This document shows, in pieces, positions 9,280-19,387 of a DNA stretch of 64,000 nt. Position 1 is the stretch's first letter. Every line of letters begins with the position of its first letter. Below the pieces are notes generated by a model. It was not told where the DNA came from, did no database searches, and saw nothing but the letters and a program-made list of their open reading frames with translations. Position numbers and translations under genes: made by a program. The DNA is from Chthoniobacterales bacterium (GTDB lineage: Bacteria; Verrucomicrobiota; Verrucomicrobiia; Chthoniobacterales; UBA10450), in contig JACDGS010000013.1 in NCBI GenBank assembly GCA_013821455.1, forward strand, positions 16,904 to 80,903, given 5' to 3'.

Positions 9280-11019
9280 TTAAAGACCGAGGCGCGCGAG
9301 CAACGCGACGAAGCGCGGATCACCGCGGATCGGGTCCCACTTCGGATCGACCCGGAAAAAGCTCAGCCGCACATCCCGCTCCGCGTACGCTCTTTCCAGG
9401 CAGGCAAAGGCTTCGTCGATTTCGCCGAGGCCAAGGTGAATCACCGCCAGATTCACGGGAGGAACGTAGCGCTCCGGACCGGCCGATTTTAGCGTGGCGA
9501 GAATCGCTCTCGCTTTCGCGGGCTGACGCCGCAGCGCATGCACGTAACCGATCATGCCGATCGTTTCCGAGTTCCCCCGCGAGATCGTTTTCGCCTGCGC
9601 GAAGTCCTCGAGCGCCTCGGCGTATTTTCGTTGCTCGGTGTAAGCCTTCCCCAGGAAGAGCCGCGCCACCCAGAAATTTGGCTCCAAATCGAGAGTTCGA
9701 CGCAAGCGCGCAACAGCTTCGTCGAAGCGGCTCGCGTAATAATAAATCGCGCCGCAAAGCGCATTCACGATCAGCGAGACCGGCTCGACCTCGCAGGCGC
9801 GCTCGGCTTCCGCGATCGCTTCGTCGTGCCGCGCGAGATCGGAGAGGAGATGACCATAGGCGATGTGAGCAAATCCGTAGTTCGGGTTCAGCTGAATCGC
9901 GCGCAACGCTTCGCGCTCGGCGCCCGCCCAATCCCAGTCATACCAAAAATGAATGAAGGCGAGGGTGGCGTGCGGTTCGGCGAGTGTGTCGTCGATCGCC
10001 AGCGCCCGGACCGCCGCAGCTTTGCTCTGCGGGAAAGCATCCTGGGGTGGGATGTCGCTCGTGATCGGCAGCGAGCGATAAGCTTCGGCCAGCCCTGCGT
10101 AGGGAAGCGCGTAGCCCGGATCGAGTTCGATCGCCTGCCGGAAATACTCCATGCTTTTCCTGATCTCCGGCGGCGTGATGCGGCTCCAATGGTACCGCCC
10201 GGTCAGATAGAGCTGATAGGCCGCGGAATTGCCGGTATGGCGTTTCGCGATTTGCTCTTGTTCTTCCGGGCTGAGATGAATCGCGAGCGCCTGCGCGACC
10301 CGGCCGGAAATCGCATCTTCGACCCCGAAGACGTCCGTAAATTTTTCATCGAACCGGTCGGTCCAGAGCGAGCTGCCGTCAGCGACATTAATCAGCCGGG
10401 CGACCACTCGAATGCGATCGCCGCCATGCTGGATCGTCCCGTCGAGGACCGACTCCACGCCGAGCGCGAGGCCGGCCGCGACCGGATCCTGTTCCAAACT
10501 TCCGAACGCGCGCACCGAGCTGAGCGGGCGCACCGCGACTTCTTTGATTTTCCCGAGCCGGGCGATGAGCGTGTCGGTGATGCCCATTTCCAGAGCAGCG
10601 TCGCGGCTTTCGGGCAGGAGCAGCTTGAACGGAAGGACAGCGAGGGTTCTGATCTTCCCGGCGACGGGCGCGGAGACGCCTCGCGTCAGGCCCGCGGTGA
10701 CCTCAGCGACAAAGCGGTAGCCGCGCCCGGGCACAGTCACGATGTAGTGATGCGTCCCGGGATTTTCGCCGAAAATGCGGCGCAAAGCAGAGATGTTTTG
10801 GGTCAGGTTATTCTCCTCGACAATCGTGTCGGGCCAGACCGTTTTCATGAGCGTCTCCTTGGTTACGACGCGGCCGTGCTGGCGCAACAGGCAGAGCAAC
10901 GTCTCGAAGACCTTGGAGGTCAGGGGCACCGGCGTGCCGTCGCGCCGCTGCAGGAGCCGCCGCCCCGCGTCGAGCGAGAAGTCTCCAAACTCGTAAGCGG
11001 TCGTTAGGGGATTGGTCAT
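9280..11019 (-). CDS. winged-helix (OmpR/CadC-type) DNA-binding regulator with C-terminal TPR domain
   Basis: N-terminus [73 protein letters not shown] is a trans_reg_C-type domain. The C-terminal half has repeated TPR-like A..Y..A...P helices. Confidence 0.8.
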   Translation of the reverse strand: MTNPLTTAYEFGDFSLDAGRRLLQRRDGTPVPLTSKVFETLLCLLRQHGRVVTKETLMKTVWPDTIVEENNLTQNISALRRIFGENPGTHHYIVTVPGRGYRFVAEVTAGLTRGVSAPVAGKIRTLAVLPFKLLLPESRDAALEMGITDTLIARLGKIKEVAVRPLSSVRAFGSLEQDPVAAGLALGVESVLDGTIQHGGDRIRVVARLINVADGSSLWTDRFDEKFTDVFGVEDAISGRVAQALAIHLSPEEQEQIAKRHTGNSAAYQLYLTGRYHWSRITPPEIRKSMEYFRQAIELDPGYALPYAGLAEAYRSLPITSDIPPQDAFPQSKAAAVRALAIDDTLAEPHATLAFIHFWYDWDWAGAEREALRAIQLNPNYGFAHIAYGHLLSDLARHDEAIAEAERACEVEPVSLIVNALCGAIYYYASRFDEAVARLRRTLDLEPNFWVARLFLGKAYTEQRKYAEALEDFAQAKTISRGNSETIGMIGYVHALRRQPAKARAILATLKSAGPERYVPPVNLAVIHLGLGEIDEAFACLERAYAERDVRLSFFRVDPKWDPIRGDPRFVALLARLGL

Positions 11020-11159
11020 GCCTTTTAGAAAATTTCAGGAAAATTCAGTCACGGCCTAAGGATTTTTCACCGATCCCCAAGGTAACGTCTTCTCCAAGCC
11101 GGCTCAGACTAACTCTGATCCCGGCTAAGAAAACACCAACCAAAAAGGAGACAACGAAA

Positions 11160-11666
11160 ATGAAAACAAGACTAACGAAAAGCTATCTCGCCGGCCGCGC
11201 CGCTCTGCTGGCTTCGCTCACCCTGCTCGCCGCCAGTTCCCTCGCAGCCACCGCGCCCAGTTCGCTCGAAGCACGGCGCGGCGACCGCATCGAAGGCGTC
11301 TGGGATTCGCAGGTGACCATCGTCGATTGCCAATCTGGCACCGTGCTCGCGGGCTTTCGCGGCCTCGGCATGTTTATCCGGGGCGGCTCCCTCACGCAGA
11401 CCAACAATATGCCACCCGCGCTGAGCAGTCCCAGTTTTGGGCGTTGGGCTCGAACCGAGGCCGGTTATTACACGGCCACTTTTGAGTTCTTCCGCTTCCT
11501 GCCCGATGGCACTTTCTCCGGGGTACAAAAGGTCACGCGCGACATACAGCTCGAGGCCGGCGGCGACAGTTTCACGAGCGACGTGAGCTTCGAGACCTAC
11601 GACACCACGGGCAACCTGATCGCGACCGGCTGCGGCACGGAGACAGCGACGCGGGTGATCGACTAG
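11160..11666 (+). CDS. secreted hypothetical protein
   Basis: 168-aa ORF with signal peptide MKTRLTKSYLAGRAALLASLTLLAASSLAA. No recognised domain. Confidence 0.5.
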   Translation: MKTRLTKSYLAGRAALLASLTLLAASSLAATAPSSLEARRGDRIEGVWDSQVTIVDCQSGTVLAGFRGLGMFIRGGSLTQTNNMPPALSSPSFGRWARTEAGYYTATFEFFRFLPDGTFSGVQKVTRDIQLEAGGDSFTSDVSFETYDTTGNLIATGCGTETATRVID

Positions 11667-11750
11667 GACGTCAGTCGGCGATCCAGTCACCAAAACAAGA
11701 AACGCCGCGTGAGAACGAATCTCACGCGGCGCCTTGTTTTCCTGAATTCG

Positions 11751-12536
11751 TTAGGCGAGACCGAGCGTGACTAAGGTCGGCTCGTCCACCGCCGCGGTCT
11801 CGACCAGCCCGTTATCCCGCTGAAAAGCGGCGAGCGCATCTCGCGTCTGCGGCCCAATCAAACCGTCGATCGGCCCTTGATAGTAACCCTGATCGCGCAG
11901 CGCCAGTTGCACGTTTTCCAAGACCTGACCGGGAGCCAGGTTGTTATAACCGTAGATTGGTTCGCTGTAGGCGTAGTTATTGTAAAAGGGGCTGTAGCCA
12001 AACGCCGGATACCAGTAACCGCTATCCCAGTAATAATAACCTCCGCCGAAAAGCACGAAGGTGGTGTTGTAATGACTCCTCCACCAACCGCGATCGTGAT
12101 AGGTCCGAATGACGCGGCTTCTTGCGACGGAGTAACTATTGCGATTGAAGTTTCTTGAAGCGCGATTCAAACCCGCAGATTGCCTCGACACATTCGTAGT
12201 CCGAGCGTTTGTCACCGGGCGGCCGCGATCTCCGTTTCGATTCAGACTATTCGCGGTGCCACGATTCGGATAGGCCCGATTATTGTAAGTCTGGCCGGTG
12301 CTCGCATAGCTACGCTGCGGGCTAACATAGCTACGGCTTGGAGTTATCCCACGCAGCGCTGGCTGACCCACCTGACCGACTGGTCGCCGGACCGTTTGTC
12401 CCGGCACCGCGGCCGTCGCCGCTTGGTGGCTGCGTTTCTTTTTATTGTTCCTGTCGTTCTCGTTGTCGTTATCTGCACGCACCACTTGCGCCAGGGACAA
12501 GCTGAGAGCGAGCGCTAAGAGAATTAGTTTCTTCAT
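11751..12536 (-). CDS. secreted protein with C-terminal peptidoglycan-binding (PG_binding_1-like) domain
   Basis: Signal peptide starts at MKKLILLALALSLSLAQ (ATG 12536; the track start 12572 is upstream). N/R/Y-rich middle region. C-terminus LRDQGYYQGPIDGLIGPQTRDALAAFQRDNGL. The stop TAA lies inside the 9-mer motif. Confidence 0.7.
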   Translation of the reverse strand: MKKLILLALALSLSLAQVVRADNDNENDRNNKKKRSHQAATAAVPGQTVRRPVGQVGQPALRGITPSRSYVSPQRSYASTGQTYNNRAYPNRGTANSLNRNGDRGRPVTNARTTNVSRQSAGLNRASRNFNRNSYSVARSRVIRTYHDRGWWRSHYNTTFVLFGGGYYYWDSGYWYPAFGYSPFYNNYAYSEPIYGYNNLAPGQVLENVQLALRDQGYYQGPIDGLIGPQTRDALAAFQRDNGLVETAAVDEPTLVTLGLA

Positions 12537-12612
12537 AAGTTTTAACCTCGTGAAATTCGACCGCGCCGGCACTGCAATTATTCAAACAAAAAACGGCTGC
12601 CAGCCCCCGCCC

Positions 12613-13059
12613 TCAACCCTCCTGCTGCCGCACCGCTTCGAAGAGCACGATGGCGACCGCCGTGGCGAGATTAAGGCTGCGCGTGCCATGCATCGGAATC
12701 GTGAGGGTGCGATCCGGATGCGCACGGAGCAGGCTTTCCGGAAGTCCTTTTGTCTCCCGCCCGAAAACCAGAAAATCTCCAGGCTGAAACTGCGCCCGAT
12801 GATAAGGGCGCACTGCTTTAGTCGTTAGGTAGAAGTAACGCGCTGCGGGACTTTGCGCCTGGAGTTCGCCTAACGAATTCCACATGCGAAGCTCGACTTC
12901 GCACCAGTAATCCAAACCGGCGCGTTTCAAGGTGCGATCGTCCAGCGCGAAACCAAGCGGGCCGACAAGATGCAATGTCGCCCGCGTCGCAAGACACAGC
13001 CGCCCGATGTTCCCGGTATTCGGCGGAATCTCCGGCTCAACGAGAACGATGTTAAACAC
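12613..13059 (-). CDS. trmL: tRNA (cytidine/uridine-2'-O)-methyltransferase TrmL (SpoU family)
   Basis: 148 aa. MFNIVLVEPEIPPNTGNIGRLCLATRATLHLVGPLGF and the C-terminal IPM...RSLNLATAVAIVLFEA knot motif. Confidence 0.85.
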   Translation of the reverse strand: MFNIVLVEPEIPPNTGNIGRLCLATRATLHLVGPLGFALDDRTLKRAGLDYWCEVELRMWNSLGELQAQSPAARYFYLTTKAVRPYHRAQFQPGDFLVFGRETKGLPESLLRAHPDRTLTIPMHGTRSLNLATAVAIVLFEAVRQQEG

Positions 13060-13094
13060 AGATCAAAAAAATCTGCGTAAATCTGTGGAAGAAA

Positions 13095-14093
13095 CTACTT
13101 CACTTTCCCAGCGATAAATTTTTCCAGCTTCACAATATCGACCGCGAACTTGCGAATCCCTTCCGCGGTTTTCTCGGTCGCCATGGCATCGTCATTGAGC
13201 AAATAACGGAAGGTCTTTTCATCGAGCTCCAGCTTTGTCACCTCAGCGTTCTTCGCTTTTTCGGGATCGAGTTTTCGCTCTACCGGCTCATTGCTCTTAG
13301 CCAGCTTCTCCAGTAGCTCCGGACTTATGGTGAGTAAATCACAACCGGCTAGCTCCAGGATTTGTCCAATGTTACGGAAGCTCGCGCCCATGACTTCAGT
13401 CTTATAACCGAACTTCTTGTAGTAAGTGTAAATCTCCCCCACCGAGATAACTCCCGGATCTTCTGCGCCGGTGTAGTCGCGCTTGTTCGCCGCCTTAAAC
13501 CAATCATAGATGCGCCCGACAAAAGGCGAGATGAGCTGGACCTTCGCCTCCGCGCAACGCACCGCCTGCGCGAGCGAAAAGAGCAAAGTGAGATTGCAGT
13601 TAATCCCTTCCTTCTGCAGTTGCTCCGCGGCGTTGATGCCTTCCCAGGTGGACGCAATCTTAATCAGAATACGCTGCCGATCGATCCCGCGCTTTTCGTA
13701 GAGCTTGATCAACTGCCGCGCCTTGTTAATCGATCCCTCCGTATCGAAAGAAAGCCGAGCGTCGGTTTCGGTCGAGACTCGTCCCGGCACGATCCCGAGA
13801 ATCTCCGCGCCAAAAGCCACGAGTAGATTATCAATGATGTCTTCAATCTGCGCCGTCCCGCTGAGTCCGCTGCTCTTGCGGTCGGTCAACACTTCGTCGA
13901 GCAAGTGGCCATACTGCTCCTTCTGGGTGGCGGCGAAAATCAGACTAGGATTCGTCGTCGCATCCTGCGGCTTGAAATCCTTGATCGTCTCGAAATCGCC
14001 CGTGTCCGCGACGACTTTGGTAAACTCTTTTAGCTGATCGAGCTGGCTCGTGTTGCTTCCGGTTTTCTTCTCTTCGGCGACGGCAGTAGTCAT
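13095..14093 (-). CDS. tal: transaldolase
   Basis: 332 aa. [33 protein letters not shown] and [11 protein letters not shown] are classical TalB-type motifs. Confidence 0.9.
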   Translation of the reverse strand: MTTAVAEEKKTGSNTSQLDQLKEFTKVVADTGDFETIKDFKPQDATTNPSLIFAATQKEQYGHLLDEVLTDRKSSGLSGTAQIEDIIDNLLVAFGAEILGIVPGRVSTETDARLSFDTEGSINKARQLIKLYEKRGIDRQRILIKIASTWEGINAAEQLQKEGINCNLTLLFSLAQAVRCAEAKVQLISPFVGRIYDWFKAANKRDYTGAEDPGVISVGEIYTYYKKFGYKTEVMGASFRNIGQILELAGCDLLTISPELLEKLAKSNEPVERKLDPEKAKNAEVTKLELDEKTFRYLLNDDAMATEKTAEGIRKFAVDIVKLEKFIAGKVK

Positions 14094-14192
14094 GGGAAAA
14101 GTTTACGCGCCAACGGTCAAATCACAACGTGTAAGTTAGCTCGCGCAAGTTGATTCAACTCCTTCGGTCCGCTAAATTCACCTTGGCACTTC

Positions 14193-14465
14193 ATGAGCGA
14201 ACAAGATCAAACTCCGCCTAAAATCCGGATGGCCGAAACGCCGGAGGAACAACGGCAATGGATGGCGCAATGGCGGCTCGCGGAAAAAGGATTACTCGAA
14301 ATCAAACGCGAGGAATTGCGCGCACTGACGGATGCGGATGTGCTCGCGAACTGTGATCTTCTTCTTGCGGAGGCTGATAAATTTTACATCCCACTGAAGA
14401 TGAAGATTTCGAGTGGTCTGGTCGAGCAACAGCGAATTTTCATGCGAGCTCGACCGCCCCGGTGA
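14193..14465 (+). CDS. hypothetical small protein, overlaps the next ORF (GTGA)
   Basis: 90-aa charged helical ORF. Its stop overlaps the GTG start of the nucleotidyltransferase-like ORF. Confidence 0.35.
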   Translation: MSEQDQTPPKIRMAETPEEQRQWMAQWRLAEKGLLEIKREELRALTDADVLANCDLLLAEADKFYIPLKMKISSGLVEQQRIFMRARPPR

Positions 14466-15031
14466 ACCCACTCTTTGCCGCCGCAGTCCGCGTGCAGCAG
14501 TTCTGCACCTCGCAAGGTTGGCGCACTTGCTACATCGGAGGCGTGACGGTGCAACGATGGGGGGAGCAGCGCCAAACCAAGGACGGCGACTTGACGCTCC
14601 TGACCTACTTTCAGAATGAAGAACACTATGTTGACACTCTGCTGAGCGCTTTTCGCTCTCGCCGCGAAGACGCGCGCGAATTCGCCCTGCGACGCCGCGT
14701 CCTGCTGATCGAAGATGCGTCCGGCATCCCCTTCGACATCGCGCTGGCGGGCTTGCCCTTTGAATAAATAACCGTGGAAAGAGCTAGCCCTTGGAAACTG
14801 GAATCAGGCGAACACTTGATCACTTGTAGCGCTGAGGATCTCATCATCCATAAAGCCTTCGCCGGTCGAAACCGCGACTGGGCAGATATCGAACACGTTC
14901 TCGAACGCCACGGTCCGCACCTGAACTTTCAGCTCATCTTCGATGAATTACGCCCACTTCTGGAACTAAAGGAAGAGCCTGAGAATGAAGAACGGCTGCG
15001 GAGACTGATGGAGCGGGAAGGTCTGCGCTGA
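14462..15031 (+). pseudogene. nucleotidyltransferase-fold protein interrupted by an in-frame TAA (14765..14767)
   Basis: ORFs 14462..14767 and 14774..15031 are in the same frame, separated by only TAA plus one codon. The N-part has the minimal NTase motif GGVTVQRWGEQRQTKDGDLTL. The C-part continues the family-like AEDLIIHKAFAGRNRDWADIEHVL. Confidence 0.5.
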
Positions 15032-15147
15032 CCACTCTAAAGTTCTAAGTTTTAAGAGCTTCATTCAGGGGTTTCGGGACACGTCTTCTCCCGTTAGGAA
15101 CTTAATCACTTAAAACTTAAAGCTGTTAGTGCTACCCTGCGCGCAAC

Positions 15148-15978
15148 ATGTCACACGCCGCGACCGAACTGATCATCGAAGCCGGACACACCGAGCGGAA
15201 TTACTGGCGCGATCTTTTTCGCTATCGCGAGCTGTTCTATTTTCTAGCCTGGCGCGATGTGCTCGTGCGCTACAAGCAAACCGTCATCGGCATTCTCTGG
15301 GCTGTCCTACGGCCGTTGCTGACAATGATCGTTTTCACCTTCGTTTTCAGCCGCATCGCCAAGTTACCCGCCGACGGCATCCCCTACCCGGTAATGGTTT
15401 TCGGCGCAATGCTGCCGTGGCAACTTTTTGCCCAGTCGCTAAGCGAAGGCAGCGGCAGCCTGATCAACAACGCCAACCTCATTTCGAAAGTTTACTTCCC
15501 GCGACTTATCGTGCCGGCGAGCGCGGTCATAGTCTCCTTTGTCGATTTCGCGATCTCGATGGTCCTGTTAGCCGTTATCATGGCGATCTATCGCGTATGG
15601 GTCGGCGTTCCTATTTTGATGCTGCCAGTCTTTACCCTGCTCGCGTTGCTCGCCTCGGCCGGCGCAGGTATTTGGCTCGCTGCCTTGAATGTGAAATACC
15701 GCGACTTCCGCTACGTCGTACCTTTCATTGTCCAGTTCGGCTTCTTCGTTTCGCCGGTCGGTTTCAGCAGCGCGCTCGTGCCGGAGAAATGGCGCTTGCT
15801 CTACGACTTCAATCCCATGGTAGGTGTCATCGACGGCTTCCGCTGGTCGGTCTCCAACGGCCGTAGCGCCTTCCCGCAGCAAAGCCTTCTTCTCTCACTT
15901 ATCACCATCGTTATCCTGCTCGTCAGCGGCATCTGGTATTTCCGAAAAACGGAACGCACCTTCGCCGATGTGATCTAG
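15148..15978 (+). CDS. ABC-2 type polysaccharide/O-antigen export permease (Wzm/TagG-like)
   Basis: 276 aa with six TM segments. N-terminal YRELFYFLAWRDVLVRYKQTVIGILWAVLRPLLTM is typical of ABC-2 exporters. No partner ATPase is adjacent. Confidence 0.85.
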   Translation: MSHAATELIIEAGHTERNYWRDLFRYRELFYFLAWRDVLVRYKQTVIGILWAVLRPLLTMIVFTFVFSRIAKLPADGIPYPVMVFGAMLPWQLFAQSLSEGSGSLINNANLISKVYFPRLIVPASAVIVSFVDFAISMVLLAVIMAIYRVWVGVPILMLPVFTLLALLASAGAGIWLAALNVKYRDFRYVVPFIVQFGFFVSPVGFSSALVPEKWRLLYDFNPMVGVIDGFRWSVSNGRSAFPQQSLLLSLITIVILLVSGIWYFRKTERTFADVI

Positions 15979-16026
15979 CGATCGCGTGCGCGCGGCGTTC
16001 GTGACCAAGCTTCCTATTGCCGAGTC

Positions 16027-17019
16027 ATGACTGCTCCTGCACCATATCTTTCCTTTTGTATCCCAACGCGCAATCGTGCGTCCTACCTCCGCGTCCTCCT
16101 GGAAAGCATTGCAGAGCAAAGCACACCGGAGATAGAAGTCGTTATTTCCGACGATGCTTCGACCGACGAGACACAAGAGCTAGTCGAGAGTTATCGCACG
16201 CGCCTGCCACAACTTACTTATGAACGCTCGGATCCAGCGCTGCGCTACGACCGCAACTTACTTCATGTCGTTGACCTCGCGCGCGGCGAGTACTGCTGGC
16301 TCTTCGGCGATGACGACCGCCTCGAACCGGGCGCGCTGGCCGAAGTTTTGCAGACCCTGCGTTCCGTGCCCGACTTAACCGGCCTAACGACTAATAGAAT
16401 TTCCTTTGATAGTAACCTGGAGTCTCGCCTACCCGTGCGCGACCTGAAACAAAGGACAAGCGCTCTTTACCACGACGCCAACGAAGTCTTTCTCAGCCTG
16501 CTTGATCGACTTGGCTTTCTTTCCTGTCAGATCGTCAACCGGACGCTTTGGAAAGATATCGTTAACCACGAAAACCTTGAGCCCTACTTCACTGGTTATG
16601 TCCAACTCTACGTCATCGCCCGCATGCTCGTGAAAAAGCCGCGCTGGCAATTCCTGGCCGAACCCTGTGTCGCCTTCCGCGCCGACAACGATTCCTTCCG
16701 CGCCCTCGGACAGTTAGGCCGTTTGCAAATGGATGTCTGCGGCTACGAAAAAACCATCGGTGATGTCTTTGGCCGCGACACCACTCTCTATCACGAAGCA
16801 ATGGCTGAAATCTCGCGCACCCATGCGCGGCATCACATCGTCACGGCAAAGCGCGCCGGCGCTCCATTCTCCTTTTTCCGAGACGCGCTCGCGCTCTGCG
16901 TTAAACACTATGGCCGATACGCAACCTTTTGGTTGCACACCTTCCCGGTCCTTCTCATGCCGCGCTCAGTCATGTTAATGCTGCGCAGTGGCTATCAACG
17001 TCTGCGCGGCCACGGATGA
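16027..17019 (+). CDS. glycosyltransferase family 2
   Basis: LSFCIPTRNRASYLRVLLESIAEQSTPEIEVVISDDASTDET and the downstream GDDD motif. Confidence 0.85.
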   Translation: MTAPAPYLSFCIPTRNRASYLRVLLESIAEQSTPEIEVVISDDASTDETQELVESYRTRLPQLTYERSDPALRYDRNLLHVVDLARGEYCWLFGDDDRLEPGALAEVLQTLRSVPDLTGLTTNRISFDSNLESRLPVRDLKQRTSALYHDANEVFLSLLDRLGFLSCQIVNRTLWKDIVNHENLEPYFTGYVQLYVIARMLVKKPRWQFLAEPCVAFRADNDSFRALGQLGRLQMDVCGYEKTIGDVFGRDTTLYHEAMAEISRTHARHHIVTAKRAGAPFSFFRDALALCVKHYGRYATFWLHTFPVLLMPRSVMLMLRSGYQRLRGHG

Positions 17020-17819
17020 AAGAAGCGATCGTTGGTGTCTGCTATGACTCCCGGCAGGGACGTATCCTGGAAGTCACCCTGCCCTCATGGCGACGTTATA
17101 GCGAAAGACATAGCCTGCCCATGGTCATCCTCGAAAAGTCCTATGCCGGAGAAGACTTCTACTGGAATAAACATGTCCTTTATCGCGCGCCAGAGCTACG
17201 TCGCGCCGAGCGGCTCCTCTTTCTCGATAACGACGTCTTCATTAACGCAAAGGCAGAATCGCTTCTCGAAGGATGGGAGTCGCCCTTGATCGGCATCACT
17301 TCAGAAAGCGCACAAGCAGGATGGTCGCCCGAATTCGTCGCCAGCTACTACGAAGACTACGCAGTCGATCAGTCACGCGACATGTCGGGTCTGCAAATCC
17401 TTAACACCGGCGTTCTTGTTATCCCTCGGGAGCAAGCTGAATTCCTCGAAGGTGTTTACGAAAGCTGGCGCGCACGGAAAAGAACTCATCTAAAAACAAA
17501 CGACCCATTCGCTCACGCCGCCGATCAGCCACACGTCTCCTACGCGTTACAAGCCGAGAACCGTTTCCAGGATTTCGGCGCTGGCTATAACACACTCTGG
17601 TGGCATTGGTACCGCCAACACATCAGCCCACGACAAATGCCGTTCCTTCTCCGTTCCAAAGCCGCCGCCCTGACAATTGGCCACCTAGCGCGACCGCTTT
17701 GGCGGAATGTCTTCAGACACGAACGCGCGACCTTTGCGCGCGGACTGGAAAATGCCCAATTCCTTCACGTCGCAGGCAGTAAATCGTCTCTCTATCTCGG
17801 CGAAGGCTATTGCCAGTAA
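17016..17819 (+). CDS. putative nucleotide-diphospho-sugar transferase (GT8-like)
   Basis: ATG 17016 overlaps the GT2 stop (ATGA). LFLDNDVFIN (DxD-like) and LNTGVLVI resemble GT8. The track start 16929 lies inside the upstream gene. Confidence 0.5.
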   Translation: MKEAIVGVCYDSRQGRILEVTLPSWRRYSERHSLPMVILEKSYAGEDFYWNKHVLYRAPELRRAERLLFLDNDVFINAKAESLLEGWESPLIGITSESAQAGWSPEFVASYYEDYAVDQSRDMSGLQILNTGVLVIPREQAEFLEGVYESWRARKRTHLKTNDPFAHAADQPHVSYALQAENRFQDFGAGYNTLWWHWYRQHISPRQMPFLLRSKAAALTIGHLARPLWRNVFRHERATFARGLENAQFLHVAGSKSSLYLGEGYCQ

Positions 17820-17820
17820 T

Positions 17821-18513
17821 ATGTGGCTGACACGTCTTCGCGTGCGCTTGAAAAGCGCGCTCCCTCGCGAATCGGTGCTCTATCGTTGCGGCCATGTCTG
17901 CTATCAAACTTTGGTGAAACTCCAAGACCGACTTGGTCATAAGAGTGCGCCTCGTGAGATACTGGATAACTCCATCTTCACTCAGGAAGAAGAGATGTCG
18001 ATGTGCTCGATCTTTCCAAAGGAAATCCTCGACCTAACCATAGACCTATACCACCCCAGTTCAGTTTTGGACGTTGGCTGCGGCACCGGAATCAGTCTCG
18101 ACTATTTCAAGAGTAAGGACATTTCGGTCCGCGGCCTTGAAGGCTCGGCCCTTGCCATCTCCAAAGCGCGTAACGCCTCTCTCATTCAGCAACATGACTT
18201 AAACTCACCTATCAACTTGGGCGAAACCTTCGACCTTGTCTGGTGCTTCGAAGTCGCAGAACACATTCATCCGCGCTATGTGTCTGCTTTCTTAGAGAAC
18301 CTAACGAATCACAGTAGCCGCATCCTTCTCTCCGCCGCCCGGCCCGGACAGGGAGGACTAGGACATCTGAACGAACAACCTCCTGAATACTGGGTCGCTC
18401 TCATGCGCGAACGCGGCTTCGCCCTAGCCGACACGACAAAACTATTCCGGAACCTACCAGACCACTTCGCGGAAAATATCCTGGTGTTTGAAAGGACGAA
18501 TGGGACTCGATAG
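17821..18513 (+). CDS. class I SAM-dependent methyltransferase
   Basis: VLDVGCGTGISLDYF (motif I), then FDLVWCFEVAEHI. ATG 17821 follows the previous stop (17817..17819). Confidence 0.75.
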   Translation: MWLTRLRVRLKSALPRESVLYRCGHVCYQTLVKLQDRLGHKSAPREILDNSIFTQEEEMSMCSIFPKEILDLTIDLYHPSSVLDVGCGTGISLDYFKSKDISVRGLEGSALAISKARNASLIQQHDLNSPINLGETFDLVWCFEVAEHIHPRYVSAFLENLTNHSSRILLSAARPGQGGLGHLNEQPPEYWVALMRERGFALADTTKLFRNLPDHFAENILVFERTNGTR

Positions 18514-19387
18514 TAACGGGACGAAGTTCCTCTTCGCCGCCAATGCCGCGGGTGCTTCCTTCTCCAATACGATCATGCTCGGCCGCCAAAACTTCTTCCC
18601 AGACGTCAACGAGTTACAACACTTGTTTGACCTCCGTAAATCGAGATTATCAGCGCGAGATTTCCTGGCTGACTCAGGAGATTACGCGGAGAAGTTCTTT
18701 GCTTGGTTAGGCGCTAATGAAGTCGCGTCTGTGGATAACTCTTCCTACGAAGGAGCAACGTTCGTCGCCGACTTGAACGCCCCATTTCCGGATACTCTGA
18801 AAGACCGATTTACCGCTGTTTTTGACGGCGGGTGCCTGGAGCACATCTTCAATTTCCCACAAGCAATCAAGAACTGCATGGAAATGCTAAAGGTCGGCGG
18901 ACATTTTCTAGGTATCACTCCGGCCAATAACTTCTGTGGACATGGATTCTACCAATTTAGTCCCGAACTTTACTTTCGTGTCTTTTGCGAGAATAACGGA
19001 TTCAAAGTCAGCGCAATCCTAACAAAAGAAAAAGACACTTGGTTTCGCATTATGGACCCAGAAGAATTCGGCGGCCGGGTAGAACTTCAGAATAACCGCG
19101 CAACCTACCTCTTCGTCCTCGCGCAAAAGATTGAGGCTCGCGCACCATTCCTTCACGTCCCGCAACAGAGTGACTATGCGCGCAGATGGAAAGAAGACGC
19201 GAGCGAGAGACCCACGCCACCCGCCTCCGCGACGTTCTTACGAGACAAAGTGCGCGCCTGGCTTCCGCCGACTTGGAAAGACAAGTTACGACCATTGGCC
19301 GCAACTCTTTCCATCCGGCGGCGCTACGCCTGCTACCGGCCAATCAATGAAGGAGCATTGTTACAAGGCCAGCTCGGGAACGATTGA
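18488..19387 (+). CDS. methyltransferase-like protein (class I SAM fold, divergent)
   Basis: FTAVFDGGCLEHIFNFPQAIKNCMEMLKVGGHFLGITP matches the post-I/II region of Methyltransf_11-type enzymes. The likely start is ATG 18500. Confidence 0.5.
   Translation: MKGRMGLDSNGTKFLFAANAAGASFSNTIMLGRQNFFPDVNELQHLFDLRKSRLSARDFLADSGDYAEKFFAWLGANEVASVDNSSYEGATFVADLNAPFPDTLKDRFTAVFDGGCLEHIFNFPQAIKNCMEMLKVGGHFLGITPANNFCGHGFYQFSPELYFRVFCENNGFKVSAILTKEKDTWFRIMDPEEFGGRVELQNNRATYLFVLAQKIEARAPFLHVPQQSDYARRWKEDASERPTPPASATFLRDKVRAWLPPTWKDKLRPLAATLSIRRRYACYRPINEGALLQGQLGND

Noticed and set aside
9538-11007. 489-aa plus-strand ORF
   Set aside because: Antisense to the well-supported wHTH-TPR regulator (9280..11019). 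The translation is Arg-rich with no motif.
15129-15866. 245-aa plus-strand ORF
   Set aside because: An alternative frame of the ABC-2 permease gene. The translation is Arg/His-rich without TM segments, whereas frame 15148..15978 gives a clean six-TM permease.
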